DNA of 64,000 bases from contig OZ025780.1 in assembly GCA_964019425.1 (NCBI GenBank), positions 186,001-250,000 on the forward strand. Direction: 5' to 3'. The position numbers and the translations under genes are program-made. The notes below the pieces were generated by a model, which saw only the letters and a list, made by a program, of their open reading frames with translations, was not told the DNA's origin and searched no databases. Numbering within the stretch: the first letter of the stretch is position 1; every line of letters begins with the position of its first letter. Source of the DNA: Flectonema sp. DT1601 (lineage: Eukaryota). Of this stretch, positions 1 through 9,068 are shown piece by piece.

Positions 1-440
1 AATCAGTTTAGCGTCCTGACCAGGACGAAAAATAGAAAGTGATCGACATAGTCGATCGATAAAAAAACAATGATAACATTGTTTATTCTTTTTTTTTTGT
101 TTTTTTTTTTTTTATTCTTTTTATTTATTTTTTAAAGAAAAAACAATCAGTTTAGCGTCTTGACCAGGACGGAAAATAGAAATTAGTCGACAAAGTCGAT
201 CGATAACAAAACAATGATAACATTGTTTATTCTTTTTTTTTTTTTTTTTTTTTTTATTCTTTTTATTTATTTTTTAAAGAAAAAACAATCAGTTTAGCGT
301 CCTGACCAGGACGGAAAATAGAAAGTAATCGACATAGTCGATCGATAAAAAAAAACAATGATAACATTGTTTAATCTTTTTTTTTTTTTTTTTTTTTATT
401 CTTTTTATTTATTTAGAAAAAACAATCAGTTTAGCGTCTT
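1..440. repeat. Satellite array (~120-bp unit), cut by the window start
   Basis: Repeated CAATCAGTTTAGCGTCYTGACCAGGACGGAAAATAGAAA..TCGACATAGTCGATCGAT..AACAATGATAACATTGTTTATTC(T)n units. The array ends mid-unit at 440 and joins the 1.2-kb repeat. Confidence 0.95.
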
Positions 441-1561
441 ACAAGTCTGGGATAATCCCTGCCAGAGGGGCGAGTATTCTACCATGGTTGAAATACTCTG
501 GCAACTGATCTTCAATTTTATGTTGTTTGTTAGCTGTTGGTGTATCTTGATCATGTGTTGATACTTGCATTTTTTTTATTTGTAATCTTTCACTACAATC
601 ATTCTTGCCTACTGCAACTGGAAATATTACTGCGCGGAAAAAACCGCACTAATTTCCAAATCTGCAAAAAACCGCACTAATTTTTCCACGCAGTAATATT
701 TCCACCGCACTAATATTTCTGCTCAGAAGTGATTTTTTCTCCAGAAGCATTTTTCTGCTGGTGCCTTACACAGCAAAAAAGCAACCAAATTTTTTTCTAC
801 CACCAAGTGGAAAAAACCGCACTAATCTTTTCTCAAAAAAACCGCACTAATTTTTCCGCGCAGTAATTATTCAGCGCAGTAATATTTCCAGTTGCAGTAT
901 ATCTTTTATTTTTATTCTCTATCTGTTCTGGTCTGTTACCTCATTTGTCTTGTTTAACTTCAGTTATATCCATTTTACTTTTTATTATTTCCCATCTACT
1001 TTTTATTTTCTATTAGTTCTGGTCAGAAACTCCTGGGCAGCAAGAAGGAAAGTAGTTAGAAGTACTTCTGGGTGTTTGGCATCACCCCCCATAGTGAGCA
1101 AGTACAACAGGTAGCATTGGTAGTCTGTTGATCCTGAGTGATCCCAGCTACAGTTTTGTTTTTCTTTCTTTTTTTTAGAAGAAGATCAGGACATCCAAGC
1201 ACTGCTGGATAGTTGCTGAATGCAGGGCCTGCCTGTGATTATAATAACAGGCTAAGTCATTTGTAGTTCATAGTTTACCTTTGATTTTATAACTTCACAT
1301 AGGTACTATGAACGATGAGAGATCCAGTGGGATCACTCAGGGTCTAGTAGAGACCACCAATGTTGTGCGTTGATAGGCAAGGTGACCAACCTTGACATTC
1401 TTTCTTTTCTCTCCTGTTGTGACAAACACAAAATACACACACAGCTTACAGTGTGTTCTTTGTGTATGTTTTCTTCAGGTGTGAGTAGTTTTTTTGTTCT
1501 TGCTCTTCAGGGAGGGCCTTAGCCAAAAGCTAACAGTCCAAATCTCACCTGGTAACTTAAC
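441..1561. repeat. 5'-truncated copy of the ~1.22-kb structured repeat monomer ('B repeat'), interrupted by a MITE
   Basis: Collinear with ~20249-21079 once 612-899 is removed. Confidence 0.92.
612..897. mobile_element. 286-bp MITE with 24-bp perfect TIRs and TA target-site duplication (Tc1/mariner-type signature)
   Basis: CTGCAACTGGAAATATTACTGCGC at 612, with its reverse complement ending at 897. TA at 610-611 and 898-899. The empty site CTTGCCTATATCTTTT is at ~20411. Internal AAAAAACCGCACTAAT direct repeats. Confidence 0.93.
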
Positions 1562-1777
1562 CCTGAAGCATCGTAGGCTACCAGTTTCCTTCGAGAATCC
1601 GCAGATGGTGCAGGGCTAAACCGAGATGAGGAAGATAACACCCGCACACGGATGTTGAGATAACGTTTGTATGATGTTCATCCGGCTTGACGAGATTAGC
1701 AAAGACAAATACTCACGGATAGGTTGGGTTGTTCGTCAGGTCCTGATAGTTTTCTCAGCCTCTGGAAGTTTTACTGA

Positions 1778-1877
1778 GTGTATGTTTTCTTCAGGTGTGA
1801 GTAGTTTTTTTGTTCTTGCTCTTCAGGGAGGGCCTTAGCCAAAAGCTAACAGTCCAAATCTCACCTGGAAATTCAAC
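1778..1877. repeat. Stand-alone copy of the 100-bp terminal hairpin of the B repeat
   Basis: GTGTATGTTTTCTTCAGGTGTGAG...CTCACCTGGWAAYTYAAC. Other copies at 1462-1561, 3163-3262, 9337-9436, 10616-10715, 19701-19800 and ~20981-21079. Confidence 0.93.
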
Positions 1878-2174
1878 TCAGTCCTTGTCAGTTTTGGCAT
1901 CAAACCTGTAATGGTTTAATCATTACAGGTTATTTACTGAAATATTTGTTCTAAAAGTTGCTAAGTATTTCTCACTTAGAAATTTTTTATTTTTTTATTT
2001 TCAGCTTAATTAGCTACAAATTGTTTCTACTAAGTGTTTCTCACTTAGATTTTTTTTTTTGCTTTTCAGCTCCTTAAAAGCTGCTAAGTGTTTCTGCTAA
2101 GTGTTTCTCACTTAGAATTTTATTGTTATGTTCGTTTTCTATCCCCTCTTCTATCCCTTTTGTTCAAAAAAAGC

Positions 2175-3262
2175 GATGAGAAATTTCTCTCATTCATGCT
2201 AAGATGCACTCTGAACTTTGATTTTTTGATCTGAGTGTGAGGGAATGACCTGTTAGTGCATTGGGCATAAGCTGGGCTGCAGTTTAGATGTCTTAGGTGT
2301 TAATAGGGGGTTCCTCTTAGCATTTTTCTTTGTTACCACCTTGTGATTTTCTTGAAGAAAAAAAATAGAAGTCATAATGGTGCTTCCCTCTGGAAGGGTT
2401 GTAAGCCATGGTGTCCAACTAAATTAAAGGACAAGTCTGGGATAATCCCTGCCAGAGGGGCGAGTATTCTACCATGGTTGAAATACTCTGGCAACTGATC
2501 TTCAATTTTATGTTGTTTGTTAGCTGCTGGTGTAATTTAATCATGTGTTGATACTTGCATATGTTTATTTGTTATCTTTTACTACAATTACTCTTACCTA
2601 TATCTTTTCTTTTTATTCTCTATCTGTTCTGGTCTGTTACTTCATTTGTCTTGTTTAACTTCAGTTATATGCATTTTACTTTTTATTGTTTCCCATCTAC
2701 TTTTTATTTTCTATTAGTTCTGGTCAGAAACTCCTGGGCAGCAAGAAGGAAAGCAGTTTAGTACTTCTGGGTGTTTGGCATCACCCCCCATAGTGAGCAA
2801 GTACAACAGGTAGCATTGGTAGTCTGTTGATCCTGAGTGATCCCAGCTACAGTTTTGTTTTTCTTTCTTTTTTTTAGAAGGAAATCAGGACATCCAAGCA
2901 CTGCTGGATAGTTGCTGAATGCAGGGCCTGCCTGTGGCATTATAATAACAGGCTAAGTCATTTGTAGTTCATAGTTTACCTTAGATTTTATAACTTCACA
3001 TAGGTACTATGAACGATGAGAGATCCAGTGGGATCACTCAGGGTCTAGTAGAGACCACCAATGTTGTGCGTTGATAGGCAAGGTGACCAACCTTGACATT
3101 CTTTCTTTTCTCTCCTGTTGTGACAAACACAAAATACACACACAGCTTACAGTGTGTTCTTTGTGTATGTTTTCTTCAGGTGTGAGTAGTTTTTTTGTTC
3201 TTGCTCTTCAGGGAGGGCCTTAGCCAAAAGCTAACAGTCCAAATCTCACCTGGAAATTCAAC
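2175..3262. repeat. B repeat monomer (CpG-poor, many inverted repeats)
   Basis: Copies at 9628-10715 and 19992-21079. Partial copies at ~9147-9436, ~19510-19800 and 21216-21318. The period from 19992 to 21216 is 1224 bp. Confidence 0.92.
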
Positions 3263-3937
3263 TCATGCAAAGAACGGTATGTGTGCAGGGCTGGGTCACC
3301 TTACAGAGAACTGTTGTCCTCTTACACGTCATTCCAACCGAATTTCAAAGTCAAGACACCTGCGAGTTACAGACAGCCTGGTCGCAAGCGACACTCCTGT
3401 TTCTGACCGGGTTATCAGGGTATCTAACTCATGCAAGCATGAGAGCTTTTTTAAGGCTACTTTGAATTATCAAGAGCGCAGTACTGCCCGAAGGGTTCCC
3501 GCGTGTCAAGATGCATTTGCATGTACTGAGCAGAAGTTCCAGAGAGAAGATTACTTTTATCATTTCCCAAGCCATCACATCCTTAACCGTTTGTGTTATT
3601 AGCTTTCAATCAATCCATCAGATGAGTGTATCTAACTAACCAGGTCGACAGGTGCACAAAAAAAAAAAAAGAATCTTCCGAAAAAAAAAAAAAAACGAGA
3701 AAAAAAAAAAAAAAAAAAAAAAAAAGGGGAAAAGGTCAGGTGACACACAACAGCGAAAAAAAAGTACAGGTGGCACTGAGGCGATCGGCAGGGGTGGAGG
3801 TTTCACGAATTTTCACGATCCTTCACGGTTTGTCACGAGTTGTCACTACCTATCACGAAAATTCACGAAAATTCACTGCCAAAAAGCATGGTGAAAAATC
3901 GTGAATTTTCGTGAATAATCGTGAATTTTCGTGAATT

Positions 3938-4123
3938 TCGATAAAGTGGGAAGTAACGGACTGGGAGCTTTTGGCTCCTGCCCTATTCCCGATGTAAACT
4001 TTCTTTTTATTTTTATTTTTTTTTAACAGGCCCAAAGGGCGACAATGATGGTTGCTGACCAAGGAATAATATTCAAATGAATTTTCGTTTCAAAGAAACG
4101 AACAGAATTAAGAGAGAGGCAGA

Positions 4124-4157
<34 letters not shown>

Positions 4158-4192
4158 GAAAAAAAAAAATGAAGAGGAAATAATCAAACATG

Positions 4193-4224
<32 letters not shown>

Positions 4225-4307
4225 AATAAAAAACGTTGTATGAAAAAGGAAAAAAAAAGAAGAAAAAAAAGACCAGAAAAGGTAAGAGAAAATGAAAAGG
4301 TATAATA
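3938..4307. repeat. ~370-bp dispersed repeat 'F', inverted relative to 8707-9068
   Basis: TCGATAAAGTGGGAAGTAACGGACTGGGAGC...GGTATAATA is the reverse complement of TATTATACC...CCGTTACTTCCCACTCTATCGA, with few substitutions. Confidence 0.9.
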
Positions 4308-4390
4308 TTATTGTGGGGATATGAGGGATAGCAGGGAGATGCTCTTTTTTTTTTTTTTTTTTTTTCTTATTTATTATTTAAAAAAAGAAA

Positions 4391-5680
4391 CAATCAGTTT
4401 AGCGTCTCGATCAGGACGGAAAATAGAAATTAATCGACATAGTTGATCGATAGAAAAAAAAACAATGATAACATTGTTTATTCATTTTTTTTTTTTTTTT
4501 TTTTTTTAAACCTTTTTAATTGTTTTAAAGAAAAAACAATCAGTTTAGCGTCTTGACCAGGACGGAAAATAGTAAGTAATCGACATAGTCGATCGATAAA
4601 AAAAAAACAATGATAACATTGTTTATTCCTTTTTTTTTTTTTTTATTCTTTTTATTTATTTTTAAAGAAAAAACAATCAGTTTAGCGTCCTGACCAGGAC
4701 GGAAAATAGAAAGTAATCGACATAGTCGATCGATAAAAAAAACAATGATAACATTGTTTATTCTTTTTTTTTTTTTTTTTTTTTAATTCTTTTTATTTAT
4801 TTTTAAAAAGAAAAAAAAATGGAAAATAGAAATTAGTCAACAAAGTCGAACGATAAAAAAAAACAATGATAACATTGTTTATTCTTTTTTTTTTTATTTT
4901 TTTTATATTCTTTTTTATTAATTTTGAAAAAAAAACAATCAGTTTAGCGTCTTGACCAGGACGGAAAATAGAAAGTAATCGACGTAGTCGATCGATAAAA
5001 AAAACAATGATAACATTGTTTATTCTTTTTTTTTTTTATTTTAAATTCTTTTTATTTATTTTTTAAAGAAAAAAAACGGAAAATAGAAATTAGTCGACAA
5101 AGTCGAACGATAAAAAAAAACAATGATAACATTGTTTATTCTTTTTTTTGTATTTTTTTATATTCTTTTTTATTAATTTTGAAAAAAAAACAATCAGTTT
5201 AGCGTCTTGACCAGGACGGAAAATAGGAAGTAATCGACATAGTCGATCGATAAAAAAAACAATGATAACATTGTTTATTCTTTTTTTTTTTTTTTTTTTT
5301 AAATTCTTTTTATTTATTTTTTAAAGAAAAAAAAACGGAAAATAGAAATTAGTCAACAAAGTCGAACGATAAAAAAAAAACAATGATAACATTGTTTATT
5401 CTTTTTTTTTATTTTTTTTTTTTAATATTTTTTTTTTATTTTGAAAAAAAAACAATCAGTTTAGCGTCTTGACCAGGACGGAAAATAGAAAGTAATCGAC
5501 ATAGTCGATCGATAAAAAAAACAATGATAACATTGTTTATTCTTTTTTTTGTATTTTTTTATATTCTTTTTTATTAATTTTGAAAAAAAAAAAACAATCA
5601 GTTTAGCGTCTTGACCAGGACGGAAAATAGAAAGTGATCGACATAGTCGATCGATAAAAAAACAATGATAACATTGTTTA

Positions 5681-5711
<31 letters not shown>

Positions 5712-6990
5712 TTCTTTTTATTTATTTTTTAAAGAAAAAAAAAACGGAAAATAGAAATTAGTCAACAAAGTCGAACGATAAAAAAAACAATGATAACATT
5801 GTTTATTCTTTTTTTTTATTTTTTTTTTTTAATATTTTTTTTTATTTTGAAAAAAAAAAAACAATCAGTTTAGCGTCTTGACCAGGACGGAAAATAGAAA
5901 GTAATCGACATAGTCGATCGATAAAAAAAAACAATGATAACATTGTTTATTCTTTTTTTTTATTTTAAATTCTTTTTATTTATTTTTTAAAGAAAAAAAA
6001 CGGAAAATAGAAATTAGTCGACAAAGTCGAACGATAAAAAAAAACAATGATAACATTGTTTATTCTTTTTTTTTGTATTTTTTTTAATATTCTTTTTTAT
6101 TAATTTTGAAAAAAAAAAACAATCAGTTTAGCGTCTTGACCAGGACGGAAAATAGAAAGTGATCGACATAGTCGATCGATAAAAAAACAATGATAACATT
6201 GTTTATTCTTTTTTTTTATTTTAAATTCTTTTTATTTATTCTTTAAAGAAAAGAAACGGAAAATAGAAATTAGTCGACAAAGTCGAACGATAAAAAAAAA
6301 CAATGATAACATTGTTTATTCTTTTTTTTTTGTATTTTTTTAATATTCTTTTTTATTAATTTTGAAAAAAAAAAAACAATCAGTTTAGCGTCTTGACCAG
6401 GACGGAAAATAGAAAGTGATCGACATAGTCGATCGATAAAAAAACAATGATAACATTGTTTATTCTTTTTTTTTATTTTAAATTCTTTTTATTTATTTTT
6501 TAAAGAAAAAAAAAAACGGAAAATAGAAATTAGTCGACAAAGTCGAACGATAAAAAAAAACAATGATAACATTGTTTTTCCTTTTTTTTTTTTTTTTTTT
6601 ATATTCTTTTTTATTAATTTTGAAAAAAAAAAACAATCAGTTTAGCGTCTTGACCAGGACGGAAAATAGAAAGTGATCGACATAGTCGATCGATAAAAAA
6701 ACAATGATAACATTGTTTATTCTTTTTTTTTATTTTAAATTCTTTTTATTTTTTCTTTAAAGAAAAGAAACGGAAAATAGAAATTAGTCGACAAAGTCGA
6801 ACGATAAAAAAAAAACAATGATAACATTGTTTATTCTTTTTTTTTTTTTTTTTTTTATATTTTTTTTTATTAATTTTGAAAAAAAAACAATCAGTTTAGC
6901 GTCTTGACCAGGACGGAAAATAGAAAGTGATCGACATAGTCGATCGATAAAAAAACAATGATAACATTGTTTATTCTTTTTTTTTTTTAT
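4391..6990. repeat. Satellite array with alternating long and short monomers (higher-order dimer of ~215-225 bp)
   Basis: The long unit carries CAATCAGTTTAGCGTCTTGACCAGG and TCGACATAGTCGATCG. The short unit lacks the first block and has TTAGTCRACAAAGTCGAACG. Confidence 0.95.
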
Positions 6991-7271
6991 TTTTTTGATT
7001 TTTTTGATATTGAGATTTGTGGTTTGGTAAAAAAAACTACTCAGGGGGGGCCTGAACTGCTTCGTAGTTGTCATCGGTGCTTGTTAATCCTATCGTTCTC
7101 TACAGTTTATTGTTAATACTACTTCTCTTTAATCCAGCTCTTGTTACAGTTTCATGTGGTTGCTGAACTATTCTAGCACAGGTGGGTTGATAGGCATGTG
7201 TGGTGATCGTTGAAGTGGTGGTGCTTGTTAATCCTATCGTTCTCTAAAGTTTATTGTGGTAATGCATTCAC

Positions 7272-7922
7272 ATGGCTCTCGTAAGAGTAACAGTGCAACT
7301 TCGCGATTCCTTGCCAGCAGAGATCTTGCTGTATGTGACTAGCAGATCAAAGCTGTTAGATGTATTGGGTGGTATGGGACTAGAAGTTGAAGATGACTTG
7401 GAGGTTAGGGCTCGTGTTGCTGGCACGGATGGCATGCTGATCTGGTGCGATGAGAAGATTGGTGAGGTTGACGGTGTATCGCAATACACTGTTGCTGGGA
7501 CCCTGCATCTCCGCCCACAGCCACCAAGTACAGTTGTCCCGATCCTCTTGCAGCACATCGCCATGCGCCGCATTCCGCAGTTTACCCGCCAGCTTCATGG
7601 TCTTGACTCTGTCAGTTATTGGGCTGCACGAAGAGAGATGATCCGGTGGTTGTATGTGCAGGATTGTGTGTTTCTCATTCGCAACCGAGAAAGTACCTTC
7701 TGCCTGGTAAGTGACGCAACATCTGTGACAGAAAATTCTTCAGCGCTGCACATCACTGCTGCTACAGCTACGACTGCATGCTATAGTCTTGCATGCAGAC
7801 TGACACAGAGCCACCAAGCTCAAAGTAAATCATTCTGTGACACACTACGACGTGCGCTGCACCACTTCCAGCAGCTCGGGTCAAGTACTCTCATCGTCGC
7901 AGGCGGGCATACGCTTACCTGA
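7272..7922 (+). CDS. Hypothetical 216-aa ORF inside the TIR element, possibly degenerate and continuing to ~8180 in other frames
   Basis: ATG-initiated ORF with higher GC and a globular-looking composition. No family motif recognised. Confidence 0.45.
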   Translation: MALVRVTVQLRDSLPAEILLYVTSRSKLLDVLGGMGLEVEDDLEVRARVAGTDGMLIWCDEKIGEVDGVSQYTVAGTLHLRPQPPSTVVPILLQHIAMRRIPQFTRQLHGLDSVSYWAARREMIRWLYVQDCVFLIRNRESTFCLVSDATSVTENSSALHITAATATTACYSLACRLTQSHQAQSKSFCDTLRRALHHFQQLGSSTLIVAGGHTLT

Positions 7923-8384
7923 TGTCTCTCAGTAACGAGGAAATGGGCAACATCATGGAGTTCATGTGTGCACAATATAGTATTGTGAATGGTGTGCTCA
8001 GACGTCTCATCTCATTCTCCCGGAGCATCGCACTCCGCGACAACTTCTCCAGTTTTGGGCAGAGGTTGCACGTGACATGTCAGAGGCAGCCACAATTGAC
8101 ATCTCATATTTGCTGAATGATCATGGTCGGGTTGTTACAGAACAGAACAGTCTGAACGAGAATGAGCCCCCTCAGTGATTAAACCCACCGCACACGCGAT
8201 GCGCCGGTCCAAAGTCCGGAACCTCACCACAAGCGATGGTCAGGAAGGGTGATGGGTCACTGGGCACAAGCGATGCCCATTTAGTTGTCAAAGTGACATG
8301 TATGGCAAACTGAACAGGTTTGACATCGCACAGCACACCAGCACCAATGGTACCATCTGGATATCACTCACTTTTTTCACTAGA

Positions 8385-8460
8385 ATTCACACATTTTCAC
8401 ACATTTTCACACATTTTCACACATTTTCACACATTTTCACACATTTTCACACATTTTCAC
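8385..8460. repeat. 10-bp minisatellite (TTTTCACACA)n, subterminal to the TIR
   Basis: Directly visible. The second copy (~18759-18824) has one unit fewer. Confidence 0.9.
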
Positions 8461-8706
8461 GGGATTTCACTACCAGAAAACAGCAAAAAATTAAGTGAAA
8501 AATCGTGAATTTTCGTGTAGCAAAGTGAAAAATCGTGAACACCTCCACCCTGCCGATCGCCTCAGGCACACAACAGCGAAAAAAAAGTTTAGGTGGCACA
8601 CAATAGCGAAAAAAAAAAAGAAAAAAAAACACAACGGAGAAAAATTCTTTTAGGTGGACTACAACGGAGAAAAATAAAGTTTTGGGGTAGCAACGGAGAA
8701 TTTTCC

Positions 8707-9068
8707 TATTATACCTCTTCATTTTCTCTTTCCTTTTCTGGTCTTTTTTTTTTTTTTTTCTTTTTTTTCCTTTTTCATACAACGTTTTTTATTTATATTT
8801 TATTTTTTTTTTTAATTTTTTTCATGTTTGATTATTTCCTCTTCATATTTTTTTTTCTTTTCTTTCTTTTTTTTTTTTTCTCTGCCTCTCTCTTAATTCT
8901 GTTCGTTTCTTTGAAACGAAAATTCATTTGAATATTATTCCTTGGTCAGCAACAGTCATTGTCGCCCTCTGGGCCTGTTAAAAAAAAAAAAAAAAATAAA
9001 AAGAAAGTTTACATCGGGAATAGGGCAGGAGCCAAAAGCTCCCAGTCCGTTACTTCCCACTCTATCGA
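8707..9068. repeat. Repeat F, opposite orientation
   Basis: Reverse complement of 3938-4307. Its duplicate is at 19071-19432. Confidence 0.9.

Larger units (their letters stand above)
3776..8565. mobile_element. Non-autonomous TIR element (~4.8 kb) with 3-bp TSD GCA, carrying a satellite array and an unknown ORF
   Basis: TIR CTGAGGCGATCGGCAGGG(G)TGGAGG at 3776, reverse complement ending at 8565. GCA at 3773-3775 and 8566-8568. An uninterrupted target unit AGGTGGCACACAATAGCG lies at ~8591. Subterminal TTTTCACG/TTTTCACACA repeats. Confidence 0.8.

Noticed and set aside
1518..1530. U2 snRNA-like CTTTTGGCTAAG on the minus strand
   Set aside because: Only 12 nt match, and the branch-pairing GTAGTA and Sm site are absent.
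2175..2280. C/D snoRNA (GATGA..CTGA with ACTTTGATTT and GACCTGTTA resembling SSU rRNA antisense)
   Set aside because: The C box is not conserved between copies and the matches are short and poorly placed relative to the D boxes. A snoscan run would be needed.
3195..3602. 135-aa ORF across the inserts
   Set aside because: It has a non-ATG start inside the repeat, no motifs, and spans unrelated modules.
1462..3640. CRISPR array or true bacterial integron
   Set aside because: The repeat is 100 bp and the inserts are 60-220 bp. No cas or integrase gene is present. RYYYAAC occurs but without a matching GTTRRRY.
7076..7257. 37-bp direct repeat with CTACAGTTTATTG as a spliced-leader relic
   Set aside because: The similarity needs a large gap and is too short.
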